From Nitrososphaeraceae archaeon (GTDB lineage: Archaea; Thermoproteota; Nitrososphaeria; Nitrososphaerales; Nitrososphaeraceae): DNA of 54,102 nt. Within the stretch, counting starts at the first letter, position 1, and each line of letters begins with the position of its first letter. Below are positions 10,449 to 21,395 of the stretch, one piece after another. The DNA is taken from the NCBI GenBank assembly GCA_035297365.1, contig DATGZA010000060.1, positions 1 to 54,102 on the forward strand, written 5' to 3'. Below the pieces are notes generated by a model that saw only the letters and a program-made list of their open reading frames with translations, was not told where the DNA came from and did no database searches. The position numbers and the translations under genes are program-made.

Positions 10449-11849
10449 ATGCTATCGTTAAAGTTCAAGACAATTAATCCCACTACAGAAGAAATTCTTA
10501 ATGAATATGAGAATATGTCATATGAAAATATTGATAAAACTGTAATTAAAGCTAAGAATGCGTTTAATACTTGGAAGGAAAATTTTAAAAAAAGAGATAT
10601 TTATCTGCATTCTTTTGCTACTGAATTTAGGAGGAATAAGGAGAATCTAGCTAAGATTGCGACAATGGAAATGGGAAAACCGATAAAAGAAGCAAGAACG
10701 GAGATAGAAAAATGTGCTTGGACCATGGAATATTATGCTGATAACGGCCAAGTGTTTATGACTGACGAGATTGTTAATACTGATGCAAGAAAGAGTTTTA
10801 TAACTTTTGAGCCATTAGGCGTTATCGCAAGTATAATGCCATGGAATTTTCCTTATTGGCAAGCTTTGAGATTTGCTGCTCCTTCTTTAATAGCAGGAAA
10901 TACCATCGTACTTAAACCCGCAAGCGCCACTGTCCAATGTGGCTTAGAAATTGAGAAAATATTTAACAAAGTTGGATTGCCGGAAGGAGTGTTTCAAACA
11001 GTAGTTGGAAATTCAAATATCGCTGAATATCTGATAGATTCTAGTAATGTTAATGCAGTTACATTTACAGGAAGTGTTCCAGTTGGTTCAAAAGTAGCAC
11101 AGCGAGCGACATCTCAGCTAAAGAAAACAGTATTAGAGCTTGGAGGCAGCGACCCGTTTATAGTATGTGACGATGCTGATATTGACAAGGCATCGGCAGG
11201 AGCTGTGAAGGGCCGTTTTATAAATTGTGGTCAAAGTTGTATTGCAAGTAAAAGATTCTTTGTAGTAAAGAAAGTAGCAAATGAATTTATTGAAAAATTT
11301 ACTCAAAATACGGAAAAACTCCGTGTTGGAGACCCACTTGATGAAAATACAGACATAGGACCAATGATCAATCTCCACAGTCTTGAGTTTATACATGAAG
11401 TGATTCATAGTTCCATAAAGGATGGAGCAGAGCTTTTATTGGGAGGAGAAAGGTTGTCTAGAAAGGGATATTTCTATGAACCGACAATACTAAAGAATGT
11501 CACTCCAAAAATGCCCGTTGCAAAAGAAGAGACTTTCGGTCCAGTAGCACCAATAACAATTGTAGAAAACGAAATGGAGGCGATTAAATTTGCCAACGAA
11601 TCAGAATTTGGACTTGGAGCCAGTATATGGACACAAGATCTAGATAAGGCCGAACGACTATCTAGACTGGTGCAATCCGGAATTGTGACTGTCAACAGCG
11701 TAGTAGTATCAGATCCTCGGGTCCCATTTGGAGGTATAAAGAATAGTGGGTTTGGTAGGGAATTATCAAAATACGGGTTATTTGAATTTGTAAATATAAA
11801 ATCTGTGAGATTCTATGATCAATTGATACGTAATCACCATGTAGAATAA
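10449..11849 (+). CDS. NAD(P)-dependent aldehyde dehydrogenase (succinate-semialdehyde dehydrogenase-like)
   Basis: IMPWNFP, FTGS, LELGGSDPF, GQSCIA, EETFGPV, PFGGIKNSGFGRE. Confidence 0.93.
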   Translation: MLSLKFKTINPTTEEILNEYENMSYENIDKTVIKAKNAFNTWKENFKKRDIYLHSFATEFRRNKENLAKIATMEMGKPIKEARTEIEKCAWTMEYYADNGQVFMTDEIVNTDARKSFITFEPLGVIASIMPWNFPYWQALRFAAPSLIAGNTIVLKPASATVQCGLEIEKIFNKVGLPEGVFQTVVGNSNIAEYLIDSSNVNAVTFTGSVPVGSKVAQRATSQLKKTVLELGGSDPFIVCDDADIDKASAGAVKGRFINCGQSCIASKRFFVVKKVANEFIEKFTQNTEKLRVGDPLDENTDIGPMINLHSLEFIHEVIHSSIKDGAELLLGGERLSRKGYFYEPTILKNVTPKMPVAKEETFGPVAPITIVENEMEAIKFANESEFGLGASIWTQDLDKAERLSRLVQSGIVTVNSVVVSDPRVPFGGIKNSGFGRELSKYGLFEFVNIKSVRFYDQLIRNHHVE

Positions 11850-11946
11850 TGTCAGAAAAGGCAATACGAAATTCAGGAAGAAAGCAGCAAGTAACTTATG
11901 GGAGAAAGATTAAAACAACAAAAAAAAGAACCAACTTTTTTTAATT

Positions 11947-12816
11947 TTAATCTGCTTCGTGGTATGTTTCTATTTGAATAGTGCTATGAGAGATATTGAA
12001 CTTCTTGTCTAATAATGACATTATTTCTCTTAATATTAAATCTGATTTATTCTTATCACTTATAACCACATGAGCAGTTAAGGCATCCAGATTTGAAGAT
12101 ATTGTCCAAATATGAAGATCAAAAATACCTGTCACCCCCTTTATTTCCAAGATAGATTTTTTAACCTTTTCATATGATATATTTGGAGGAACACCTTCCA
12201 TCAATATATGAATCGACTTCTTAACAAGTGACCATATACGAGGAATTATAAATAATACCAAAATAACACTGACAATTGGGTCTATTAAAGAAAAATTTGT
12301 AAAAAAGATTATAATTCCAGTTATTATTATACCGACCGAACCTATCGCATCCTTAATGACTTCAAGATATGCTCCCTCTATATTCAGGTTAGTTTTGGCG
12401 TCTTTTTGTAATAACGATATTCCAATAAGATTTATTATCAAACCAAATATTCCAATAGAAATTATAGATATTGAATCTAATGACTTTTCAAAATAAAAAA
12501 AGTTACGATAAGCCTCGTAAATAATATATGATGATATAAGAGATACTATTATTCCGTTTACTAATGCAGCTAGTATTTCAAATCTATAGAATCCATAGGT
12601 TTTCTGCGGTGTAGGGGGTTTTTGTGAAAACTTGATGGCAAACCAAGCTAGAAACAGACCACATATATCAATAAACATATGCCCTGCATCGGCTATCAAA
12701 ACTAGACTATTTAATAAGAATCCGGCAAAAACCTCAACAGAAATAAAAGAGCTGGTTAATATGAGAACTAATTTTAAATTCTTTATTTGAGATCCATTAG
12801 AAAAATGAAAGTGCAC
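11947..12816 (-). CDS. Cation diffusion facilitator (CzcD/ZitB-like) metal exporter
   Basis: LIADAGHMFID, TYGFYRFEILAALVNG, DLHIWTI, HSTIQIE. Confidence 0.9.
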   Translation of the reverse strand: MHFHFSNGSQIKNLKLVLILTSSFISVEVFAGFLLNSLVLIADAGHMFIDICGLFLAWFAIKFSQKPPTPQKTYGFYRFEILAALVNGIIVSLISSYIIYEAYRNFFYFEKSLDSISIISIGIFGLIINLIGISLLQKDAKTNLNIEGAYLEVIKDAIGSVGIIITGIIIFFTNFSLIDPIVSVILVLFIIPRIWSLVKKSIHILMEGVPPNISYEKVKKSILEIKGVTGIFDLHIWTISSNLDALTAHVVISDKNKSDLILREIMSLLDKKFNISHSTIQIETYHEAD

Positions 12817-13109
12817 GACAATATACTAGGGATATGAAACAATATCTGGCTTTCTAATTTTCTAATTAGTTTCATTTTATGTTTATCTATCCATTTTCAG
12901 TTATAATGGACAAAAAAGTAATTGATGAAATAAATTTTAATGATTTGTGAGAGAAATACTAGTCATTTCATTCAGGATGGATGGAATATTCTATAACGTA
13001 GAACTATCAGAGCCTAAACACAATATGATTTCTCAAGAAAAGAAGTAATAAAAAATAAACTTTATACGAACCGTTATACAAACGATTATTAATTTTATAA
13101 ATCTCTCAA

Positions 13110-14012
13110 ATGAATGTAATTATGATTTTTATTAATCCAATTAATGCTCTGCTATGGTCAATTAGACGAGATCAAAGAGATGTAATTAATTTGTATGATG
13201 TTCTTTCTCCACTAATGTACATTACCACAGGAAGTACCATGTTAAATTTTGGATATTGGTCTGATGAAATTAGAAAGCCTGAGGAAGCTCAAATTAACCT
13301 GTGTAAAATAACTGGAGAAATGGCAGAACTTGATACAGCAAAAAATCTTGTAGACGTGGGAAGTGGTTTATCGTCCCCAGCCATCTGGTGGAAAAATAGA
13401 TATAATTCTCTAGATCTCTGTTGTATAAATATCAATTATAATCAACAGGTAATAGCTAATAAAATAAAAGGTAATTTTTTTAATTCAAAAACGTCAAAAA
13501 GATTTTCCAAGGATATTTGTCTAATTAATAGTTCTTCTATTAGTTTACCATTCAACAAGGAATCAGTTGATAGAATAATTTGTTTAGAGGCAGCACAACA
13601 TTTCAAACCGTTAACTAATTTTATCACACAAACAAGATACATCTTAAAACCAAAAGGAATAATGGTCATCGCTCTACCAGTTATCACGAAATTACTCAAT
13701 CCGGTTAAGAATTTATTAAATCTCGGAATTTTATCTTTTAGTTGGGCATCTGAGCATTATTTATTAGATTATGTTTCGTCGACTATAACAAGTAAAAAAT
13801 TCAAAGTTATTGATATTGTTAAAATAGGTCCACAAGTCTATTCTCCGTTGGCTGAATTCTATATTAAAAACAGAACAAAATTAAAAGCTAAAATTTGTTG
13901 CAAATACCATCCTGTTCTAGAATATATTCTATACAGATCGATATTAAAGATGGATAAACTATCAAAAGATAAAATTATTGAATATGTTATAATCAAGTGC
14001 GTCAAAATGTAA
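13110..14012 (+). CDS. Class I SAM-dependent methyltransferase (sterol/tocopherol MT-like)
   Basis: MLNFGYW, LVDVGSG, LPF..ESVD, LEAAQHF, LKPKG. Confidence 0.85.
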   Translation: MNVIMIFINPINALLWSIRRDQRDVINLYDVLSPLMYITTGSTMLNFGYWSDEIRKPEEAQINLCKITGEMAELDTAKNLVDVGSGLSSPAIWWKNRYNSLDLCCININYNQQVIANKIKGNFFNSKTSKRFSKDICLINSSSISLPFNKESVDRIICLEAAQHFKPLTNFITQTRYILKPKGIMVIALPVITKLLNPVKNLLNLGILSFSWASEHYLLDYVSSTITSKKFKVIDIVKIGPQVYSPLAEFYIKNRTKLKAKICCKYHPVLEYILYRSILKMDKLSKDKIIEYVIIKCVKM

Positions 14013-14614
14013 TTCTTTCAATATATATGATTAGTAACATAGTTAACGCGTTTTGAAAAAACATATTTTATAACCCATGAAAATCACAATTACAACCCTT
14101 AGAAAATTACATCTACAAATATCCAGATTAATGTAATATTATGTTAACAATAGTCTTACCAACTTTTCTTGATCTTGAGTAAAGCATTCTATTTTAACTA
14201 AATTAGTCATACTAAAATACGATAAACATATAAAAATTGTCGTAAATATTTTATTACATGTGAATATTTTTACCTAGCACAAACAAAAAATATTTTGGGA
14301 ATAATTAAGACTTTCCCGTAAAAAGTGATATCTTCTTATCAAAGGGATTTCCTATATAAATTATATGCATTTCAGATTTGTCCTAACCAATTTGCATAAG
14401 TTTAAAAATTGCTATTCAATATAACTGAATACTAGATCCTAATTTATCTATAACTTACCTTGTATAACTGACCTTGTATTAGACAAGTTCATATAGACAT
14501 ATCAACCACATAGATCAATGAACGAAAGTACGAAATTGATTGATGAAATTGTTCTAATCATATCTCCTCCGGCCATTACATCTAATAGAAGATGTATAGG
14601 AGGGGAATAATAAA

Positions 14615-14785
14615 ATGGAAAAAACCTTCTCATTGATAAGACCATCTACCGAAACGAGTAAAAAGGCAAAATTTTGCGTAACCTGTGGTAATTTAGCTAC
14701 TCAAGAAGCCTTTTTCAATGTAGGCGATGGGGCTATTCTCATAGAACGATATTGTGATATATGTGCGGACAAGGAGATTCCGTAA
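14615..14785 (+). CDS. 56-aa Zn-ribbon protein (absent from the ORF track)
   Basis: MEKTFSLIRPSTETSKKAKFCVTCGNLATQEAFFNVGDGAILIERYCDICADKEIP; two CxxC; SD-like GGAGGGG upstream. Confidence 0.8.
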   Translation: MEKTFSLIRPSTETSKKAKFCVTCGNLATQEAFFNVGDGAILIERYCDICADKEIP

Positions 14786-15151
14786 TCGTCACAAGATCAT
14801 TTATCAAAAATTTAAGAGTGTTACAACATAATAGAATCTGATCGTTTCTACATTATGATGAAATATAACAATTATTCAATAATTATAAATAGATATTCTG
14901 GCTGTTTATTTTTTTTAGCTTCTGTAAAGAAAAAATAATAATTGTAACTAGGGAAATTCATCATAAGAACGAGCGATATTTACTATAAAATATTTACTAA
15001 AAAAGTATTATAATATATTAGCTAATCCTCAGCAAAGAGTTTGATTGAGATGAAAATGTTAAATAATTAAGGTATAAACTTTGCAATAAAGGGTACAAAC
15101 TACATTATAGTAAAATATACAACACATTCTACAATTTAACGATATTATAAA

Positions 15152-15643
15152 TCAAAATCTCATTAGGAATGTTTCATTTATGTCACATATATTAAGATAA
15201 TTATGAAACAATTTATATTCCCTAAAAATATTTTGTTTACTAGAATTATATCCGATTTTTAATATTTTCTTAAATGTTTCTAATTGATATTTCATCATTA
15301 TCATGCCAATCCCGATTCTACCCAATCTTATTTCATTTATTATATCTAATGGAATTCTTTTGACATATATTTTCGAAATAGCTGTTGCTAATACTTTTTT
15401 TATTTTATCGTTAGATATAATATTAGATTCACGCCTCATAATAAAATTCGATTCATTTTGTCTGATTACTTTAATCTTAGTGGAAGTATTTAATAAAACC
15501 TGAAGCACTTGTTCCGTAGTACCATTATTCACTAACAAGACCTTTTCATAAATATTAAATTTAGTGTTACTTGCTTGTTCAAGTTTAGAAATATCATTCA
15601 ATGTAACCTGATAAGGATCTGCTATTTGTAAAATGTTTTTCAT
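15152..15643 (-). CDS. Chorismate pyruvate-lyase-like (UbiC/DUF98) protein
   Basis: LLVNNGTTEQVLQVL, V+RQ, RRES, A.SKI, IGIG....QLET, REY, INETF pattern. Confidence 0.7.
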   Translation of the reverse strand: MKNILQIADPYQVTLNDISKLEQASNTKFNIYEKVLLVNNGTTEQVLQVLLNTSTKIKVIRQNESNFIMRRESNIISNDKIKKVLATAISKIYVKRIPLDIINEIRLGRIGIGMIMMKYQLETFKKILKIGYNSSKQNIFREYKLFHNYLNICDINETFLMRF

Positions 15644-15675
15644 ATATTATCTAGTAGTTACTGAAATTTAAAATC

Positions 15676-16380
15676 TTATAAAAAGAAAATTCTGTAAATA
15701 ACTAGTATTATACAAATTGAAATTGTGGAGGCACTAAGAAGTTTGAGATGTGATTCTAATTTTCTTGATTTTTTATTATCACAATTTTTTCTTTTAATTT
15801 CTTTGTATTCTCTGGAATATCTTATTTCAAGAAAAGAAGCTAAAAACGTAAATAAAGCCAAAATTAATGGCAGCTCAGAAATAGTATTTGTCTGCATGAT
15901 ATAACCGGCTAATAAGGGTAGACTTCCCCAAGATAAGGCAAACCAAAAATTGTTATGAAAAACACCTCTAAAAAGCTCGAAATTATAAGCAAATAAGAAA
16001 AATCCTTCTATTATTCCAATAAATAATAACAAATTTACCGAAGTTATTACATAGTAAATTCCAATAATATATGCAATAGAAAGACCAACTATAACCATTA
16101 TTTTTAGCTCTAACTTTGAAAAATAATTGCCCCATGGTTTAATTTTTTTTGAACCAAGATTGTCTGCCGCATGAGCTGATATTCCTAGTGCCAAAAAGTA
16201 TATTGTAAATATAGCTACTACTCTATCCCAGTATATCGTAGGTGAAATCATAGATCCTATAATGGTAAATGAAATACACATTCCAGTATACGGGAGAAAC
16301 AACAATCCAACGAATGCTCTGAATTTTACTGGACCAAAATTTGGTACAAACCATTCGTTAATTCTGGTAAACTCGTTCAT
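15676..16380 (-). CDS. Multi-pass membrane protein, UbiA prenyltransferase-like (divergent)
   Basis: About 7 TM segments; LPYTGM, SAHAAD, FAYNFELF.G.FH, WGSLP; ATGA overlap with the upstream methyltransferase. Confidence 0.6.
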   Translation of the reverse strand: MNEFTRINEWFVPNFGPVKFRAFVGLLFLPYTGMCISFTIIGSMISPTIYWDRVVAIFTIYFLALGISAHAADNLGSKKIKPWGNYFSKLELKIMVIVGLSIAYIIGIYYVITSVNLLLFIGIIEGFFLFAYNFELFRGVFHNNFWFALSWGSLPLLAGYIMQTNTISELPLILALFTFLASFLEIRYSREYKEIKRKNCDNKKSRKLESHLKLLSASTISICIILVIYRIFFL

Positions 16381-17051
16381 GACTTAATGGCCGATACAAT
16401 TGCAGCTGTTCCGCAAGTATAATACTTGTAAGTAACAGATTTGAATCCCTTTTTATCTAATGTTTCTACAAGATCCTTAACCCATTCACTTTTTTCGATG
16501 ACATCGTCTAGGTCAGAAAAAACTAATTCCCACGGTTTAGCTATTTTTCCAATTAGATTTAATATTACAAAATATGACTTCCACATGGTTTGCATAAAGA
16601 AATTAGTAGGATATGTAAAGTCATGAAAAATTATAGATCCATTTTTCTTGATGATACGCCAGAGTTCCTCCACCAAAAGAGGAATATTTGCATACTTAGC
16701 TAGGTATGATGATAGTACTACATCAAATGTGTCTGATTGAAATGGCAAAAACTCTGCCACACAATTCGTTAGAAATGAGTATCTCATTCTATTTTTTGCC
16801 TTTATAATATAATCATATGTCATATCAGCTCCAAACATCTCTAAATTTGAGCTTGGAATAAATGTGGAATAGATCCCTGTTCCGCATGCAAGGTCTAGAA
16901 TACGTATATGTTCCTCTTTGACATTTTTCGCAATATGTCTTTTCCATGATGAATCCTTTCCAAAAGTCGTGTATTTAACAACGAGGTCATAACTTAATGC
17001 GTTATCAGAAGAAAAGAATTTTTTTGGTAGAGTGTATACATTAAAATTCAT
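16377..17051 (-). CDS. UbiE/MenG-like SAM-dependent methyltransferase
   Basis: YDLVV...TFGKD..WK, ILDLACGTG, AEFLPF.SDTFD, G.AAIVSA.K. Confidence 0.85.
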   Translation of the reverse strand: MNFNVYTLPKKFFSSDNALSYDLVVKYTTFGKDSSWKRHIAKNVKEEHIRILDLACGTGIYSTFIPSSNLEMFGADMTYDYIIKAKNRMRYSFLTNCVAEFLPFQSDTFDVVLSSYLAKYANIPLLVEELWRIIKKNGSIIFHDFTYPTNFFMQTMWKSYFVILNLIGKIAKPWELVFSDLDDVIEKSEWVKDLVETLDKKGFKSVTYKYYTCGTAAIVSAIKS

Positions 17052-17390
17052 CCTATCATAATTACTACTTATCTATAATATAATGTTAGATATCATCTAT
17101 ATATGGTCATTTCCTTCAGGATTTTCAAGATATAATTAGATAAATCATCATTTCTCTTATATATTCTTGTAATAATAAGAAATTCAAACTTTACGCCGTA
17201 CAAAGGTAAATCAACAATAAACTGTTTCTCATAAAGTGTAAAATCTATCTTGTATTAAGAATTATAAATTCAATGAACTAGATGAAAGCAAATACACTAC
17301 GTGAATTTTATAATAATTAAATGAGAAAATATGTTCTTTTGAGAATCACTTGATAGGTTAATATATATACAAGATTGGCGGTTATAAACT

Positions 17391-17720
17391 ATGACAGTAT
17401 ATAATAATTTTCCAATGAGAGACTGGCATATTAAACATATGGAAAAAACTATTGTAAAGTTTGTAACAGGATTATCGCCTAATCCATCACACTGGGAAAA
17501 GAGACAGCATAAAAGATTTAATAATATATATCGCACTTGTGGAAAAATAAATCACGATATTAAACATGGAGTAACAAGTGAAGAAGTTCAAGATTTTTTG
17601 CAGAAAATTCACGACGATTCTTCTTTTTTTGATCTACGAAAAAAAGAGGGTGTAATAGGAAGGTTAGAGGAAGTAGAGAAACATTTTGGCCCTTCTAGAA
17701 ATAATGGATTGAATATTTAA
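17391..17720 (+). CDS. Conserved hypothetical protein, paralogue of 41584-41904
   Basis: Shares NNxPMRxWHxKxMEKTxVKxxTGL and DIKHGV with the second copy. Confidence 0.8.
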   Translation: MTVYNNFPMRDWHIKHMEKTIVKFVTGLSPNPSHWEKRQHKRFNNIYRTCGKINHDIKHGVTSEEVQDFLQKIHDDSSFFDLRKKEGVIGRLEEVEKHFGPSRNNGLNI

Positions 17721-18075
17721 ACAAAAAATATCATCTACTTTCTCGGGATCAATACATTAAATTTTGTATTAATTCCATCGTTCAAATGTAAATTTTTTTA
17801 TTTTATACTTTATTACATCCTAGGTAATAATATTACATTATACAATAAATATTGAATAACTTGAATTAGATTTTAATATCTGAGGAATTCATTTACAAAA
17901 TAGAAATAAAAAAATTCAGCATGCTAATTTTATAATTCATAACCTTTTCCATCTATATTATTCTCAATTCAGGGATCTTGTACAAATTTCCAGTTTATAT
18001 TAAAATAAAAGTACATACTATTGTAACGATTTCATGAAAGAAATAATAGAGAAATATCTATGTATAAAGTTCAGG

Positions 18076-19872
18076 TCATGAAACAACATCGCAAATAAAT
18101 AATACAACCCATGTTTTATCTATGATCTTTACAGGAGAATAGGTAATTTCATATTCTTTACCTAGAATTGTATCTGTCGTAGAACCTGTGTTACCATTTG
18201 AAGCATCAATAAAAGATCTTAATTTACTGAAATCGAAGATCTGATTACCAGTTATTTTTTCCAATATCTTTCTATCAGAAATTCCTACGTCGACTCCATT
18301 TTCGTCCAAGTACAGGATCAAATCGTTTTCGTTGGTTAGATTAAAATTTTGAATTATTTTACTGATAGTGGTGAGATTTAATCCTCCTGCCCAGATCCCG
18401 CTCAGAGTCATGTTTTCGGAAAAAACAGGAACAGCAATATTGGGTTGATTTTTACCTGTTGCTGAGGATACAATTGCATTACCCAGAGATGTACTATTGG
18501 AATTCTTTACTCCCTTATAATAGTCTCTTATTACAAAGTTATCTCGTGAAAGATTTTCTTGTCTTTGATAAGGTTCGTCTAGATACATATCTCCATTATT
18601 AAGAAGGAGAAAAACTGATTCAAATAGGTTTGTCTTGGATAAAATGCTTTTTGCAACTTGCCTTTTTTCTAATCCGTCAAAACTATTTATTCCATGAACA
18701 GTCGAATTTATTAAATTTGGATTAATATTTTCTGAAATCTGAGGTAATTTGCTTGTTATATCTAATAATATCTCTGCAACTTGAAGATATTCTTTTAGGT
18801 TAAGTGATAATAAATTAACTAAAAAGTTTTTGTCAATCAATGGTGAACCTTTTATAATCTTGTTTTCGATGTTCTCGCAAGAGAATTTGTTTTCATTCTC
18901 TGTATAATTTTGTAAATCTGAACATTCTTGCATTACCAAAAGTATTCTCACATTTTGTAATGTTTTATATGGAATATATGAAATTATAGCTGTTTTGTTA
19001 TCTATTTTTTCTTTAGTAAATCCGCTTTCTCCTTTTAGTGCATTGTTAAAAGCGTCAAGATATGAAAATTTATTTGCTTCTTCAAACGTTCTATTAGAAA
19101 AAGATGGGACTTTACTTTTATCAGAGTCCCCTAATTTTACTCCAGCCTTATCTACTATGAGAATCCTGTAATTACTTGGTAACGCAAATGACTGTAATAA
19201 TTCATTAAAAATATTTAGGTCAAGAGTTCCATATAATACTCCAATTATCTGATTATTTGAGAATACTGGAGTTGCCATAACAGTTAGACTCCTACCTGAG
19301 GATTTAGATACAATAGCATCACTAAGATAGGTTTTGCCAGTGTTCAACGTCGTCTTAAAATAATCTCTGAAACCAAGGTTGCCAGTAGTTAGATTCTTTT
19401 GCCTCTCAAAAGGCTCTTGCATGTATACATTTCCGTTTGGTAAAATAAAGCCTATTAGTGAAAAATCATCATATTTCACTAAAATGTCTTTAGCTAATTT
19501 TCTTTTATATGCATCAAAATTTTCAGGTATACCATTCAATTTTTTATCTATAAATTCATCCATTGGAAAGTTAGTTATTTGTGGAAGGGTACTTGTTATT
19601 TCTAGTAGAGAAGATAGTTTATTTAGCTTTGTTTCCAATGTATCAGATAGTATTGTTAATTCCACACTAGTATTTGTGAAATTAGTGTTTTTGATGCTAC
19701 TCTCAGTAATTGTTTCATTATAAGGTACAAATATACTTTGATTATCAGTTTGAGTGGCCTCGGAAACATACAAATGAAATGTCATTAAGCTAAAACTGAA
19801 AATTGAAATTAAGAATATAGCGATTTTATAATTATAATATCTGTTAATTGATATATTAGCACTGCCAATCAT
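18076..19872 (-). CDS. Membrane-anchored/secreted protein with two tandem dCache-like domains and no output domain
   Basis: N-terminal hydrophobic segment. Repeated unit NG..Y..EP..RQ.NL...N...RDY(F/Y)K, AIVS..(S/T)G, A.PVFS, plus a second PAS-like subdomain in each copy. Confidence 0.8.
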   Translation of the reverse strand: MIGSANISINRYYNYKIAIFLISIFSFSLMTFHLYVSEATQTDNQSIFVPYNETITESSIKNTNFTNTSVELTILSDTLETKLNKLSSLLEITSTLPQITNFPMDEFIDKKLNGIPENFDAYKRKLAKDILVKYDDFSLIGFILPNGNVYMQEPFERQKNLTTGNLGFRDYFKTTLNTGKTYLSDAIVSKSSGRSLTVMATPVFSNNQIIGVLYGTLDLNIFNELLQSFALPSNYRILIVDKAGVKLGDSDKSKVPSFSNRTFEEANKFSYLDAFNNALKGESGFTKEKIDNKTAIISYIPYKTLQNVRILLVMQECSDLQNYTENENKFSCENIENKIIKGSPLIDKNFLVNLLSLNLKEYLQVAEILLDITSKLPQISENINPNLINSTVHGINSFDGLEKRQVAKSILSKTNLFESVFLLLNNGDMYLDEPYQRQENLSRDNFVIRDYYKGVKNSNSTSLGNAIVSSATGKNQPNIAVPVFSENMTLSGIWAGGLNLTTISKIIQNFNLTNENDLILYLDENGVDVGISDRKILEKITGNQIFDFSKLRSFIDASNGNTGSTTDTILGKEYEITYSPVKIIDKTWVVLFICDVVS

Positions 19873-20435
19873 TGATCATTTCTCCTTATCACAATCCGTA
19901 AATCCGTTACTTCTATTTCAATCTTCTCACCTTGTTATTAATTAGCTTTGTCTACATTATCTTCCAAAATAATATACAATTCATTTTTTTGTGATGTCCT
20001 TTAAAGTATTTTGTTAAAAATATAATTATTAATATTTAATTCGAAAATAAATCGTATATGTGAACTAGATATTTGTAATTGAGATGCATACATGAAAATA
20101 TGAATATTATCTCTATTAATAGAATCAAATTAGCATATTTATTAAATAAACATTATGAAAAAATACGACAAGATATTATAGTAAAAATAATTTCATTTAT
20201 ACAGGGTGGGATTATTGGTGCCCAAAATATTCCTTTAATAATATAATCAGATATATTAATTAAAAACTATAACATATTGTGCTATCACAGTACGGGATAT
20301 TGATATAGCAGTCATAAAAATACAAATATAATATTACAAGGACAAGCAAAAGATTGTAAAATGATTTTTTAAATCTTCGAATTCCCATTTTTTCAATTTA
20401 CAAGAGAATTTATAACTAGTAGATCGAGTCCTATT

Positions 20436-21074
20436 TTGATGATAATTGATCTAACACAATCAATCTCTCAAACACTCAAGCAATTTCCAGGTTCGCCTGA
20501 GGTCGCATTTATAAAATGGTCAAAATATGAAATTCAAGGTTATAATTTAGAAGCAATGTTTTTAAGCACGCATACAGGCACGCATATGGATGCACCATCT
20601 CATTTTATCAAGGAAGGTTATTCTGTTGATAAGATAGACGTGAATAGGTTCGTTATGTCGAATACACATATAATTAGAATTCATAAGGATCCGAATGAAT
20701 TGATCTCGTTAGAAGATATTGTCAATAGCGGTGTATCATTTAAAACAGGAGATTCAATCGTATTTTCAACTGGATGGGAAAAACACTATTTATCTGATAA
20801 TTATATGTCTTCTAATCCCGGTCTATCGATAGAAGCTGCTACTTATTTGATAGATAATAAGATAAATACTGTGGCAATAGATAGTCCCAGTATAGACGTA
20901 GGTAAAGATAATTCCTTTCTAGCACATCAGGCACTCCTAAAAAATAATATTATCATAATAGAGAATCTATGTAACCTAGAAAAGATTAATAAAAATAATT
21001 TTACATTCATCGCCGTTCCACTGAAAATTATGGGTGCGACTGGTTCTCCTATTAGAGCTTTAGCAATTATCTAA
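20436..21074 (+). CDS. Cyclase family / kynurenine formamidase-like metal hydrolase
   Basis: HTGTHMDAPSHF, IDSPSID, H..LL, IIENL, GATGSPIRA. Confidence 0.9.
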   Translation: MMIIDLTQSISQTLKQFPGSPEVAFIKWSKYEIQGYNLEAMFLSTHTGTHMDAPSHFIKEGYSVDKIDVNRFVMSNTHIIRIHKDPNELISLEDIVNSGVSFKTGDSIVFSTGWEKHYLSDNYMSSNPGLSIEAATYLIDNKINTVAIDSPSIDVGKDNSFLAHQALLKNNIIIIENLCNLEKINKNNFTFIAVPLKIMGATGSPIRALAII

Positions 21075-21395
21075 AATATAAAAAGGAATTTTTAAATATT
21101 TCATAAAAATTAAATTATTTTTATTATGAGTAATATATAATATAATATAATAAGTGCCTATTAGAAAAAATATAAATGATAAATTAAATTATAATGTTTA
21201 TTAGTTTATATGATGATCAATTTTTGGGGAGATCTATGAAATCTTAAAATTTTTAATATAATTTTTTTAATAAATCTTTTTTGAAGATGATTAAAGATAT
21301 AACAATCACAAATATTCTATTCAATAATATTCCAGAAATTCATGCAAAATCTAATAAACACTCAAATATTATAGTATACTTGTATCAAAAATACA

